Source: Octopus sinensis (taxonomy: Eukaryota). From it: a DNA stretch of 64,000 bases. The DNA lies in contig NC_043011.1 of NCBI RefSeq assembly GCF_006345805.1, forward strand, positions 12,028,001 to 12,092,000. Direction: 5' to 3'. The position numbers were made by a program, and so were the translations under genes. A model generated the notes under the pieces. The model searched no databases and was not told the origin of the DNA. It was given only the letters and a program-made list of their open reading frames with translations. This document shows positions 11,284 through 23,764 of the stretch, piece after piece; positions within the stretch are counted from its first letter, which is position 1; each line of letters starts with the position of its first letter.

Positions 11284-12203
11284 TGTACAATTATAAGTAT
11301 GAATATCCATTTATATTCTACTGTCATTCCTTGTCGATAATTGTAAGTTGCATAGATGAAAAGTGGTGCACGTCACAATATAGCGATGAAGCTTCCGTGC
11401 GGTCGCTCGACTTACTAGATATAGCAGCCGAATCTCAAAATCACATCCCACTATATTAAAACAAGAAGGCCGCATTGGGCAATATAGTTTTTTTTATATA
11501 AAAAAGGTGTGATGGTCATGGCTGGATGTATTTGACATAGGTCTTCGTGATTAAGGCTGACTTAAGGTAACATGGCGGAGTTTTGGAACAGCCGTCTATC
11601 GAAGTCCCATACCTCATGGGAAAGAACAGCTGTCCCTCAAAGTCTCGTACCTCATAGGAAAGGAAGAAGGTTGTTTTTCCTCCCTTTTTAAAGGTACTTC
11701 TGGTTCCATACCACGGAACATTTGTTCACTGGTTGTAAATGTGTATCAAATCCAACCCGGTATTACTGAGCAATACGAGTCCCATCGATTTAGTATCCTT
11801 ATTAAAAACACTTTCGTTTTGTAAATATTGAAACACAAGCACTCTTTATCGAAATACTTTGCCACGAAAATCTTTACATGGGTGCTTCTCCTAGAAATAC
11901 CAACCAAATCTCGCTCTAGTCATATAGTACCGCCTTAAAAAGCTAAAACATGCTGTGTCGTTTTCAGGTTTACGGACATTAAAAACAAACATACAAAAAG
12001 AATATCACGGGATTATTAAGCTTGGCACGCCCTTCAACATAGGTGTGTGCTGGATAGTGTTAACTTGGTTCTCTATACGACAACAAATCCAATAAGGTGT
12101 TGGAGTTCTTCATTATATGAAAACTGTTGATATTTTACGTAACACCTTGATAAACTAAATACATGGGACTCCTGTTAGTGCTTTAAACCTGCTTTATATA
12201 CAC

Positions 12204-12204
<1 letters not shown>

Positions 12205-12255
<51 letters not shown>

Positions 12256-12302
12256 GTATATATATATGTATATATATGTATATATATATGTATATATATA
12301 TG

Positions 12303-12371
<69 letters not shown>

Positions 12372-12396
12372 GTATATATATATATGTATATATATG

Positions 12397-12435
<39 letters not shown>

Positions 12436-12811
12436 GTATATATATGTATGTATATAATATATGTATGTATATATATATATGTATATATATGTATATATAT
12501 GTATATAGTATATATGTATATATATGTATATATATATATATATATATGTGTATATATATATGTATATATATATATATGTGTATATATATGTATATATATA
12601 TATGTGTATATATATGTATATATATATATGTGTATATATATGTATATATATATGTGTATATATATGTATATATATATATGTGTATATATATGTATATATA
12701 TATATGTGTATATATGTATATATATATATGTGTATATATATGTATATATATATATGTATATATATATATATGTATATATATATTATATATATATATATGT
12801 ATATATATATG

Positions 12812-12842
<31 letters not shown>

Positions 12843-14151
12843 TATATATATATATTATATATATGTATATATATTATATATATATATTGTATATATATAT
12901 ATATGTATATATATATATGATATATGTGTATATATATATGTATATATGTGTATATATATGTATATATATGTATATATATGTATATATATGTATATATATG
13001 TGTATATGTGTATATATGTGTATATATATGTATATATATGTGTATATATATGTGTATATATATGTATATATATGTGTATATATATATGTATATATATGTA
13101 TATATATATGTATATATGTATATATGTATATATATATATGTATGTATATATATATATGTATGTATATATATATGTATGTATATATATATATGTATGTATA
13201 TATATATATGTATGTATATATATATATGTATGTATATATATATGTATGTATATATATATATGTATGTATATATATATATGTATGTATATATATATATGAT
13301 GTATATATATATGTATGTAATATATATATGTATGTATGTATATATATATATGTATGTATATATATATATGTATGTATATATATATGTATGTATATATATA
13401 TATGTATGTATGTATATATATATATGTATATATATATATATGTATGTATATATATATATATATGTATGTATGTATATATATATATGTATGTATGTATATA
13501 TATATGTATGTATGTATATATATATGTATGTTATATATATATGTATGTATATATATATATATGTATGTATGTATATGTATGTATGTATATATATATATGT
13601 ATGTATATATATATATGTATATATATATATGTATATATATGTATGTATATATATATATGTATGTATATATATATATATGTATATATATATATGTATGTAT
13701 ATATATATGTATGTATATATATATATGTATGTATATATATATATGTATATATATAATATGTATATATATGTAGTATGTATATATATATATGTATATATAT
13801 GTATATATGTATATATATATGTATATATATGTATATATGTATATATATATGTATATATATGTATATATGTATATATATGTATATATATATATATGGTATA
13901 TATGTATATATGTATGTATATATGTATATATGTATATATGTATAATGTATATATGTATGTTATATATATAGTATATATATGTATGTATATGTATATATAT
14001 GTATGTATGTATATATGTTATATATGTATATATATGTATGTATATATATGTATATATGTATAATATGTATGTATATATATATATATATGTATATATATGT
14101 ATGTATATATATATATATATGTATATATATGTACTGTATATATATGTATGT

Positions 14152-14182
<31 letters not shown>

Positions 14183-14290
14183 GTATATATTGTATGTATA
14201 TATATATATATATGTATGTAATATATATATATGTATATATATATGTATATATATATATATGTATAATATATATGTGTATATATATATATT
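12205..14290. repeat. About 2.1-kb imperfect (TA)n/(TATG)n microsatellite
   Basis: Direct inspection; source of the long Y/I/M/C ORFs in the track. Confidence 0.98.
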
Positions 14291-14546
14291 GATTGATGAT
14301 TGATTCCAGTTTCAGCTCATGAGCTGTGGCCATGTGGGGGGCACCGCCATTTGGTGTTGCTACTTGGTTTCACTTCATGGAGGCTTTCTAGCAACTGCTA
14401 TTGGTGCATGAGAGAGTTCGATGCAGCTGCCCTCATCTGCCCCTCCTGCCGTGAAGTTGGTTCATCTGGGACACCTGAACAGGAAGAGATCCAGCTTCAT
14501 TTTAAAGACATCTGTATCCACCCCATGCAGGTCTCTCAGTTCATCG
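14291..14546 (-). mobile_element. CR1/L2-group LINE 3' end with stem-loop tail
   Basis: DELRDLHGVDTDVFKMKLDLFL..VPDEP..RAAASNSLMHQ*, then GGCGGTGCCCCCCACATGGCCACAGCTCATGAGCTGAAAC and an (AATC)n-like tail; cut by the gap. Confidence 0.7.
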
Positions 14547-14646
14547 NNNNNNNNNNNNNNNNNNNNNNNNNNNNNNNNNNNNNNNNNNNNNNNNNNNNNN
14601 NNNNNNNNNNNNNNNNNNNNNNNNNNNNNNNNNNNNNNNNNNNNNN
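14547..14646. other. Assembly gap (100 N, true size unknown)
   Basis: Run of N. Confidence 1.
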
Positions 14647-14900
14647 GTGTGAGTATGCAGGTATGTATGTATATATATATAATATATATATATATATAAA
14701 ATTTGTATATGAATGTGTGTATTATATAACAAAATCGGTTATAGAACTAGATGCTAATAGATTTGAATTTAAGAATATATGAAATTTCAGTGAGTTTATT
14801 TATTATTAAGCTCACTCTTAAAAAAACATTTTAAAAGTATTTACACTTATAGACAATATCTATTTGCTATTTTCATAGAATATTAAGAAGATATTCCCGT

Positions 14901-14985
14901 CTGAAGAAACCTCATTTTATTTTAAAAGGGTAATTTGTTAATCTTAGACAAAACCTGTTTTTAATGAAGTAGAAACAGCTGTTAC
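14901..14985 (+). ncRNA. Degenerate hammerhead-ribozyme-like motif
   Basis: CTGAAGA, stem II ACCTCATT/AATGAAGT (7 of 8 pairs, long loop), GAAA, palindromic stem III ACAGCTGT; stem I poor. Confidence 0.4.
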
Positions 14986-15248
14986 TTGATTTGTGATTTG
15001 TTTATATTGCAGTAATAAAACAATTGAATTTATCAGTTAATGATTCAATTATTCAATTTATTATTTTGTTTCCGTTTCTTATTCATATCAATATATTGAT
15101 ATATTGATTGTTTATTGTATTTACTTATCTGTTATGAGCGATAGTTCATAACAGTGTTATTTATATAGGAAAAAATACCAGCAAATTCTTTGGATATATA
15201 ATATCTCTTAGGTGGTTATTTAGCACCTAACTGAATTTTTATCTTATA

Positions 15249-15647
15249 AGTGGCTGTGTGGTAAGTAGCTTGCTTACGTACCACATGGTACCGGGTTCAG
15301 TCCCACTGCGTGGCACCTCGGGCAAATGTCTTCTACTATAGCCTGGGGCCGACCAAAGCCTTGTGAGTGGATTTGGTAGACGGAAACTGAACGAAGCCCA
15401 TCGTATATATGTAAATATGTGTGTGTGTGTGTCTGTTTGCCCCCCCCCCCCATCATCGCTTGACAACTGATGCTGGTGTGTTTACGTCCCCGTAACTTAG
15501 TGGTTCGGCAAAAGATACCGATAGAATAAGTACTAGGCTTACAAAGAAAAAGTCCTGGGGTCGATTTGCTTAACTAAAGGCTGTGCTCCAGCATGGCCAC
15601 AGTCACGTGACTAAAACAAGTAAAAGAGTTAAGAAAAGAGAAAAGAG
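15249..15647 (+). mobile_element. SINE family A copy
   Basis: Homology to 27818-28230. Confidence 0.85.
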
Positions 15648-15651
15648 TATG

Positions 15652-15709
15652 TCAAAATCAATTGATTTCATGCTTTGCATGATAAACATACTCTGCGATC
15701 TTCAGTTGA
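15652..15709 (-). ncRNA. Degenerate hammerhead-like motif
   Basis: TCAA/TTGA stem I, CTGAAGA, GAAA, palindromic stem III ATCAATTGAT; stem II poorly paired. Confidence 0.3.
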
Positions 15710-15851
15710 AAATAGCATTTTAACATCCATTTCTAAAATATTCACTACATTAGTTTGTGTGTGCTCCTTACTTTAAATGTCCCGCTCTGTCTAAAGGAAA
15801 ACTATCATGAGCAAGAGAAGGTTTCAAGAAGTATTATTGCAGTTATTAATA

Positions 15852-16140
15852 TCTCTCTATATATAAACGGCAAAATGTCTGCATGTATGTCCTTTATACA
15901 AATCCACAATTTTTCAGTTAGAGAGCTCGCACTTTCTATGGTCATTCAAAACCGTCCAAGGGTGGTCGTGCACGCACATCTTTACATTTCCACAGTCACA
16001 CCGCAAAGCCATTAAGAAATCAATAGAAGTGACTTTTTTGTGAATTTTCTATCCAAAACCCAATCAAAATGCCCGAAACTTGATACGCCAATTGAATGCC
16101 AGCTAGCTCTATGTGATTGGTCAGAGATTTGGACAGTACT
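15852..16140 (+). mobile_element. Non-autonomous Helitron-like fragment
   Basis: 5' A|TCTCTCTATATATAAACGGCA shared with 19801; 3' end not resolved. Confidence 0.5.
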
Positions 16141-16600
16141 CGCGTGTGGAAGCAGGGTGTAGAATCAAAGGGCCTTAGACTCAACTTAGCTAAAACCAAA
16201 GTTTTAATAAGTAGGAAGGCAAACAAACCACAAATCCCTTCAGGTAGATGGCCCTGTTTGATTTGTAGAACAGGCATAAGTAGAAACTCCGTAAGATGTA
16301 CCCGGTGTAAGCTATGGATACATAAGGTGCAGCAATATCAAAGGATGGCTAATGGGGAAGATAGCTTTTGTATGTGGCAAATGCTCAGGGGCAATAAACA
16401 CTGAAAATGTGCAGAAAACAGCTTCCGTCACATTCCAGGGGGAAAAACTAGAAGTAGTTGATAGCTTCCGTTACCGAGGTTGCTCTGAGTGTAACTGCTA
16501 GAATAAGAATAATCTGGTTAAAGTTCAGAGAGCTCCGACCTCTGCCGGTGACAAAGGGCCTCTCGCTCAGAGTGAAAGGTAGACTGTATGATGCATGTGT
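16140..16600 (+). mobile_element. RTE-clade LINE internal fragment (family of 53051-54541)
   Basis: GLRLNLAKTKV..RWPCLICRTG..CTRCKLWIHK; KFRELRPL..SLRVKGRLYDACV. Confidence 0.85.
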
Positions 16601-16677
16601 ATGTATATTCATTATACATATATATATATGCATATATATATATATATACACATATATATATATATGCATATATATTC

Positions 16678-16701
<24 letters not shown>

Positions 16702-16709
<8 letters not shown>

Positions 16710-16937
16710 AAAGGGCTTAGTAAAATAAATTACTTTGCCGCATACTGAACTCATTAGAAATAGCAGCCAAAAAACTTTTTTAAGGCTATTTCTAATACTT
16801 AAAGAAAATCTCTCTCATATATGAGAGAGATTTTCTTTAAGTATTAGAAATAGCCTTAAAAAAGTTTTTTGGCTGCTATTTCTAATGAGTTCAGTATGCG
16901 GCAAAGTAATTTATTTTATTAAGCCCTTTTATATAAT
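16702..16937. repeat. 236-bp spacerless palindrome (118-bp arms, one mismatch seen)
   Basis: Centre CATA|TATG at 16819/16820; arms checked base by base. Confidence 0.95.
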
Positions 16938-17716
16938 GTAATAATTTGAATTCGCCTTGAATGGTCCCTTTGCATACTGAACACTTGGTGAAATTGATTA
17001 ATAATTAATTAATTTTGCCCTCAATTGTTGAAATATATATATATATATGCACATACACATTATCTACCTAAAAAAACTTGTGCACTTTGGCTTTGGTAAA
17101 GGTTTAATGGCACTAGATCCGGTTGGATTCAGTCCAAAATTTACAGGGACATGTAAAAAGAGGTGAGGACGTGACTGGGCTAGGTTAGAAATCGCTATCT
17201 CAAAAGCTGTGGTTACTAGGGCAAAAAACCCCACACTTTGACAAGAGTTTGTTGTTTCTCTCTAATGGTTATCACCCTTTCTTCTTCCATCTCTCTCTTT
17301 CCTCCCTTTCCTTCAATTTCTCTCTATAATGACGTTTGAAGCTTCCTCTATCTTTCCCCCACCACCTTTGCCAGCGCTGTCACTATTTCTTCCACATCCT
17401 CTCTCTCTCTCTCTGTACGTCTGTCTGCATTTTCCCTCAATAACGAAATTTCACAGCTTTGCTGTCTCTCTGTCACTCTTTCTCCCTCCACTTTTGTCAC
17501 TGTACTTCTGCTTCTACCTACAGAGAAGGTGTGACAGTAGCAACAGTTTAGAACGGTGACATATTATCGCCCACCACCACCGCACAATCATATCAGATAT
17601 ATTGTGTTAATTTATATATATATGTGTGCGTATATAAATATATATATAATGTGTTGGGGTTGGGGGGAAATGGTATCTTTTGTGTTGGCGTGAATCGGAA
17701 GATTTGATGTGCTTGC

Positions 17717-17723
17717 GTGTGTA

Positions 17724-17756
<33 letters not shown>

Positions 17757-18030
17757 AAGTGTGTGTTTGATGGGGTGTGCGAGAAACACACACACACACG
17801 CACGCATACACACACACACACACACACACTCACACACACGGAACGCTGACTTCTACATTAGACAAAAAAATTTAAATATCTATGAATCTGATCATAAAAT
17901 AGCCAACAAACACAAAACACTCACACACACACACACATACTCACACACATAGACACACACACACTCATACACAGACACACCCCCACATACACCCACATAC
18001 ACACAAATACACATACATACACACGCACAC
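17717..18030. repeat. (GT)n(GA)n and (CA)n microsatellite cluster
   Basis: Direct inspection. Confidence 0.9.
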
Positions 18031-18034
18031 ACTA

Positions 18035-18290
18035 AAAGATATTGGCCAAGTGTAAGCCTTACACTAATGGCAGTGGAAAGTGCGGTCTTTGCGATATGGA
18101 AAGATGGCTCATCTGGAAAAGTTTGTTAGACTCCACTACATGTCTTTTTGGGCTATGTCCACATATGGCAAAACATTTGTTAGGTTTTTGGACCCCACTA
18201 AGATTACAGATAGAACATGCTTTTTATATTATGTCCACGTACAAGTCTCTCCTGTCTTAACATTTCTTATATATATTTTATAGCTTTATA
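18035..18290 (+). mobile_element. Penelope-like element, GIY-YIG C-terminal remnant
   Basis: KILAKCKPYTNGSGKCGLCDMERWLI..CPHMAKHLL resembles the PY.NG...C.LC..EK..I...C.H..K end of Neptune-type PLE endonucleases. Confidence 0.6.
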
Positions 18291-18791
18291 TATTTTTTCT
18301 GTATATTATTTTTCATCCTTTATAATTGTGTAACTATTTACGCATGTAGTATACATCAAATGTGTACGTGCATGCATATATACATGTGTATGAATGATTG
18401 TATATATACAAGTGTAAAACTCTACCTGTTGTACTTGTCTCCTTCCTTCATACAAATATGTATGTATATACGTTTATATATCTGCAGATATAGATGTGTT
18501 TGACAGAAAGGGGGGTATATTTATGTACGTACATATATAACTCATGTATATTCAAGTTTTGCAGCAAATGTGAATGTTTTACGGATTATGTTTTTGCTTG
18601 TGTTTTTATTTGTATATAAGTCTATCCGCATATGTGCATGTGCATATAGAAATGTGTAAATAAACATAATGATGTGTGCATGAGTATATATACATGTATA
18701 TGTGCGTGTATGCGTGTATTATATGTACGTTTACATATGTATAGACATATATATATATGTGTGTGTATTTGTATATGTACACGCATGTGTG

Positions 18792-18830
<39 letters not shown>

Positions 18831-18977
18831 GCACACACACACACGTGTGTGTGTGCGTACATGTATGTATATGTGTACATGTGTAGGTTCTTTGACTGAA
18901 GTTTCACTTTCCCCATGCCTATTGGAGTAATTTCCCTTTATTCAATGGCTTTTTTTTCATAGCGTTTTTGTTTCTCC

Positions 18978-19040
18978 TAATAACTGATGAGATGCTGGAG
19001 CAGACTTCAGCCCCAGCATCCGAAACTCTGAGTTTTATTA
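18978..19040 (+). ncRNA. Type I hammerhead ribozyme motif with intact catalytic core
   Basis: Stem I TAATAA/TTATTA, CTGATGA, stem II GATGCTGG/CCAGCATC (+1 C), GAAA, stem III ACTC-T-GAGT, predicted cleavage after GUU (19034). Confidence 0.75.
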
Positions 19041-19117
19041 TGACAACCAACTAATTGTCACATATTATATTTATAGATATATATGTATATACATATATAT
19101 AATTATATGTATACCGA

Positions 19118-19313
19118 GTGTGTACCGTTGGCGATTTTTTTTCCTCTGTCTTCCCTTCTCTGGATCTTTCCTTCTCCTATGTTTCTGACGAAGAGCTCCA
19201 CTCAAAACATTAAACCCTCTTTCTTTCCTTCTTTCCTGAGCGTCCAATAATACTATATTTGTTCCACGTCCTCACGTTGTTGTGTTTTTTTGTGCTTTCT
19301 TGTTTGGATTAAC
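19118..19313 (+). mobile_element. Penelope-like terminal fragment with minimal hammerhead (19181-19215)
   Basis: GTTT CTGACGA A GAGC TCC ACTC AAAAC ATT AAAC; inverted homolog of 21672-21858. Confidence 0.6.
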
Positions 19314-19800
19314 TGTAACTACACATTATATATATATGTGTGTGTGTATATGTATACATATGTATATACAAACCCACATATGCGTATGTGTTAGTGCCAC
19401 CTTATCTTGACACTGTGTAAACAAGTGTCACTGAAGTGGAAGCAGTGTCTTTTTAATCTTGCATGGAAACATATCTGGTCCTAGGGAGATATTGACTTAC
19501 TTGGAAATAGTGAGATTGGCAACAGGAAATGCATCCAACCACAGAAAATTTGCCTCAAGGATTTGTCTTGAAATCATGGAAAAGCAAATGTTAAACTAAT
19601 GATAATAATGATGATAATATATATATATGTACAGGGTGTCCTGAGATTAAGGCAACAGATGTTTCAGGCTCTAATAACTATCAATGAAAGTGAAATAACA
19701 TGAATATTATACATCATTATAAAAGCTTAATGTGTCTTCTTTTTGTTTCAGACTAAATAAATTCAGGTGTATAAATTAGATAATCGCTATAAGCCCAGCA

Positions 19801-20185
19801 TCTCTCTCTATATAAACGGCAGTTTGTCTGTGCGTGTTTCTGTGTGTCTGTTTGCTTGTATCCTCATCCTCACCACGGCTTTCAACCGATTCTGATGAAA
19901 CTTGACACACACATAGCCCAATGTCATAATTCAAAACTAACGCAGCGAAAATTTTGAAAAGTTTCCCCAGTTCTGAAAAAAATCGATAAATTCGACATGG
20001 GGTCGAGAATCAGGAACACAAACCACAAATTGTGTAGGGGACGCAACTCCACCTTTTTTAACTATCAAAAAAAAATTTACCATAATTTTTTTCCATTTTT
20101 TTGCTATTTTTTGGCTATAGCTCTCTAAAAATGCTTTATAGTTATTTCCCTTACAAACCTGAGCAACATCGGGCGATACTGCTAG
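19801..20185 (+). mobile_element. Non-autonomous Helitron
   Basis: A|TC 5' end and CTAG|T 3' end; inserted in an AT dinucleotide without TSD. Confidence 0.75.
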
Positions 20186-20554
20186 TACAATTATACAATC
20201 AGAACCCTCCACAAAGGAAGTGAAAGTAGTACACCTATAGCAAAAATGCTTAAAATTAACCAAAAAGTCTGGAAAATTGTCAAGATTTTTCAAGGGACTG
20301 ATTCCACTGCTGATTGACCTGGACGTGGCCGCAAAAGCTTATCAAAGTACCAGAGAAAAGATACAGCGAAAGTCTCATCATTCCTGGCTGCCATAGCAAA
20401 TAAGTCGAACATCGATGTATTGAGTGCTGAAGGAGGATCTCAGGACCCATCCTTATAAGATGATCTGCTGTCATGAGCTCATACAAGTTTATAAGGCCAT
20501 GAGGCTGGAGAGAAGTTGTCTTATCCTGAATCAGATTGCTGAAGGCACGCTGCC

Positions 20555-20970
20555 GGATCTTTTCGGTTTGAACAGCAGTTTTTTCTAGCGGTGTCATATG
20601 AAATTGTCACCCATAATTATGACCCTAGTATCGATCTATTGCATTTCAATCTGTTTTAGGGTTAGGGGTGGGGGGAAGGGTATCTTTTTTTCTTCACAAA
20701 TGTAAATAAACCCAATCCGTTTCTTAAATGAGGGACGTATTCATACGGCACTGAATGTTTTTTTTTACCTCAATAGACGTCAGTGATTGGTTGAAATTGC
20801 AGAAATTGAAGAAAAAATAAACAACAAATATCTTACAAACTATAGAATTTTCTCAATAAAGCCAAGAGAAAAAGATGTTTTATAAACACATTCTACCAGT
20901 TTTCGAAGTTTAAAATTTTTTAGTTACCTAGAAATTATGTTAAAATCTACCGTTCAAACCGAAAAGATCC
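20555..20970 (+). mobile_element. Merlin-like MITE copy
   Basis: TIRs; TSD ACGCTGCC. Confidence 0.92.
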
Positions 20971-21671
20971 ACGCTGCCCAACCTGGTGTTCACTGATGAA
21001 AAGAAATTTGACATTGAGCAGACAGTAAACCACCAGAATGACTGACTTTGGAGTGTATCTGGGTCTGTTGAGGGTAGACTTGTAAATCGATGTCCAAAAT
21101 CCACAGCTAGTTCTGGCTTGGGTGGCTGTGACAGCCACTGGAAGGTCATACCCAGTGATACATTAGCAACATTCTGGAAGCTGAACTGCTTCCATGGGTG
21201 AACGAGCACTTTGAAGGTGCACCTTGGAGCCTCCAATAGGACTCGGCACCATCCCACAGCTCCAAACAGACGCAACACTGGATTCAGAAAAGCATTCCAT
21301 CGTTCATAGGCAAAGTTGTATGGCTCTCAAGAAGTCCCGATCTCAACTCGGGGATTTTTCTATTTAGTTCATTTTGGAAGACAAAGATCTCAAGCACTCC
21401 TCATGCTTCACTTGACACTCTGAAGGTAAAACTGCACCAGGAATGGGCTTCGATTCTGCAGTATCAGCTGTGTGCCGCATGTGAAGCATTTGCACCTAGA
21501 CTTGAGGCTGTGATTTGAAACAGAAGTGGTAATATTGAATAAATGTGATAGTGTCATAATTGTGTTTCCTTTACCATTGCACTGCAATGCTTAGACCTGA
21601 AATATAACTGCAAAAAGTTGGTTGCCTTAATTTTGTGACACCCTGTATATATACATAGGTATATATGTAAT

Positions 21672-21858
21672 GTTAATCCAAACAAGAAAGCACAAAAAAA
21701 CACAACAACGCGAGGACGTGGAACAAATATAGTATTATTGGACGCTCAGGAAAGAAGGAGGGTTTAACGTTTCGAGCGGAGCTCTTCGTCGGAAATGTAG
21801 GAGAAGGAAAGATCCAGAGAAGGGAAGACAGAGGAAAAAAATCGCCAACGGTACACAC
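21672..21858 (-). mobile_element. Penelope-like terminal fragment with minimal hammerhead (21764-21795)
   Basis: Minus strand CCGACGA A GAGC TCC GCTC GAAACGTT AAAC. Confidence 0.6.
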
Positions 21859-22568
21859 GAGGTCACATTTTGGTTCCAGTTTTTTCAATTATCTATTCAA
21901 TGATGGATGCCCAAATGCAAACCTCAAAGTACATACAATCCTACTAGTGGTTAGCACAGGGTAAATCTGAAGGTGGACAGCTTTATACTGTACTCTACTA
22001 TGTTCTTAACAGAATATACCATAACTAGGTATATATATGTATATATGCATAGGTATATATACATGTGTATATGTATGTACCCCCCTCACACACAATGCTC
22101 AAACACCCCCACATATCTGCATGAAAAGACCATTACAGATACAGAAGTGTGAAACAGATTTGCCCTTGTTTATGACAAGTAACTTTTCCTTAAAGTTTTA
22201 TCTTTTTGCTAAATAGCTAAATAGGCCAACTATTTGTTTAAAAGATAAAAGGTAATGGAGAATATGATATTTAGTGTGGTTGTGACATTTAATTAGCTGG
22301 GGCAGATTAGGATCTATGGAATGAAATCCAATTGTCATAGTGTTTTCTATGTGTAGCTTTTTTTTATTTCAAAACTATTTTTTTTTCTTTTGTTGTTTAC
22401 TTCATATATTATTTCTTGAAACCCCTTAGTTATTTGGTCACCATTGATGACTTCATCTCATGTAGACCACTATATTATTGATATGTTTGCTCTAATAACT
22501 CTCCATGTTTCATTTGATTATAAGTTTGTTTTATTTTCTTATTCTCTTTTCACTTTTCTTTTTAACAG

Positions 22569-22597
22569 GTGCTTGTGAAAAACATTTAACAAAGATG
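22569..22597 (+). CDS. TTC31: Exon 2 (29 nt): (G)ACEKHLTKM
   Basis: Long pyrimidine tract + AG, GTAATT donor; phase 1 to 0 joins exon 3 in frame. Confidence 0.65.
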
Positions 22598-22744
22598 GTA
22601 ATTATTTTTTAATATTTCCTATTTTTTCTTTTTCTGTCAATTCTTTTATTCTTTCTGTGATGTGTTTGTTTGTCACAGTCCTTTTATCACTATTTGTGGC
22701 CTCATTAGCGATATGCCTTTTCTCTTCAAGGTCTACCTTGATTC

Positions 22745-22970
22745 TGTCTGAGAATTAGCGTTCAAATTAATATGTCAAAAGTAATCTTTATTCGTTTACA
22801 TTTTAGAAAATTAATCTGGTATTATCTTGTAGCTTCAAGATTTGAAAGATGTAATTGTTTATTTTTAGAATGACATTGCAGGGTAGGTGTGAGATGCTGG
22901 TTCTGGCCAGTTTGAGCATAAAATGAGTAGAATATTCGGGCCGGATATAGCCAGTTTAAACACTAAAGGG
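22745..22970 (+). mobile_element. piggyBac-like MITE right part
   Basis: Ends CTAAAGGG + TTAA; homologous to 37007-37486. Confidence 0.55.
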
Positions 22971-23502
22971 TTAATTATAAAAAAATATGATAGGATTTTT
23001 TTTATATACAGTGAATGACTATGGAGGTCCAGTAGAGTAAAATAGGAATCAAAGGGGGTCCCTTGGTAAAAAAACGGTTGAGAACCACCACTTTACAACA
23101 TGATATGTAACCAAAAGTAGTTTATCCCACACTCCACTCCTGTGCGGTTAGACAAAGGGTATTGAGCTCCTATGCAGCATACTAGGCTAAGATAGGCTAG
23201 TATGCAGGATAAGAGCTATTAAGGAGGTACACAAAACAGATTTGGTATTATAAGTAGTATAAAAACACTAGGATTCTCATGTCATCAATTTTAAGCATTA
23301 TAAAACATACATGTATTTCAGTTAATCAACTGACAGGAGTACATCATTGTTTATTGGAAATTACATAATCTTATTAAAGTACCTCATTAGTGATTTAGGC
23401 AAAAAATACTATGTATAATGTGAAGTTTGCTCAATATATATTCCTTGTCATTGAGTCTACATGGCCTTTGGTTCTCAATTTTCCTTCTAACGTCACTTCA
23501 CT

Positions 23503-23764
23503 GGCAACTGTGCCGGTGGCACATGTAAAAAGATTTGAGCGAGGTCGTTGCCTGTGCCACCTGACTGGCCCCGTGCCGGTGGCACCTAAAAGCACCCACT
23601 ACACTCACGGAGTGGTTGGCGTTAGGAAGGGCATCCAGCTGTAGAAACCCTGCCAGATCAAGATTGGAGCCTGGTGCAGCCATCTGGCTCGCCAGCATAG
23701 GTCAAAATCGTCCAACCCATGCTAGCATGGAAAGCGGACGTTAAATGATGATGATGATGATGAT
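23503..23764 (+). mobile_element. RTE LINE 3' UTR fragment with (GAT)n tail
   Basis: Homology to 54220-54541. Confidence 0.85.

Larger units (their letters stand above)
19632..21645 (+). mobile_element. Decayed maT/DD37D-like Tc1/mariner with two nested insertions
   Basis: TIRs CAGGGTGTCCTGAGATTAAGGCAAC / CAGGGTGTCACAAAATTAAGGCAAC with TA flanks; LVFTDEKKFDIEQTVNHQND; C-terminus ACEAFAPRLEAVI. Confidence 0.85.

Noticed and set aside
10775-14333. Long ORFs (up to 492 aa) rich in Y/I/M/C/H/T
   Set aside because: They are translations of (TA)n/(TATG)n microsatellites lacking stops; the same applies at 28.7-29.3 kb
14879-14929. Possible 51-nt exon (CATAG ... GG|GTAATT)
   Set aside because: Overlaps a hammerhead-like/PLE-type motif, has no protein similarity, and cannot be placed in phase between exon 1 and exon 2
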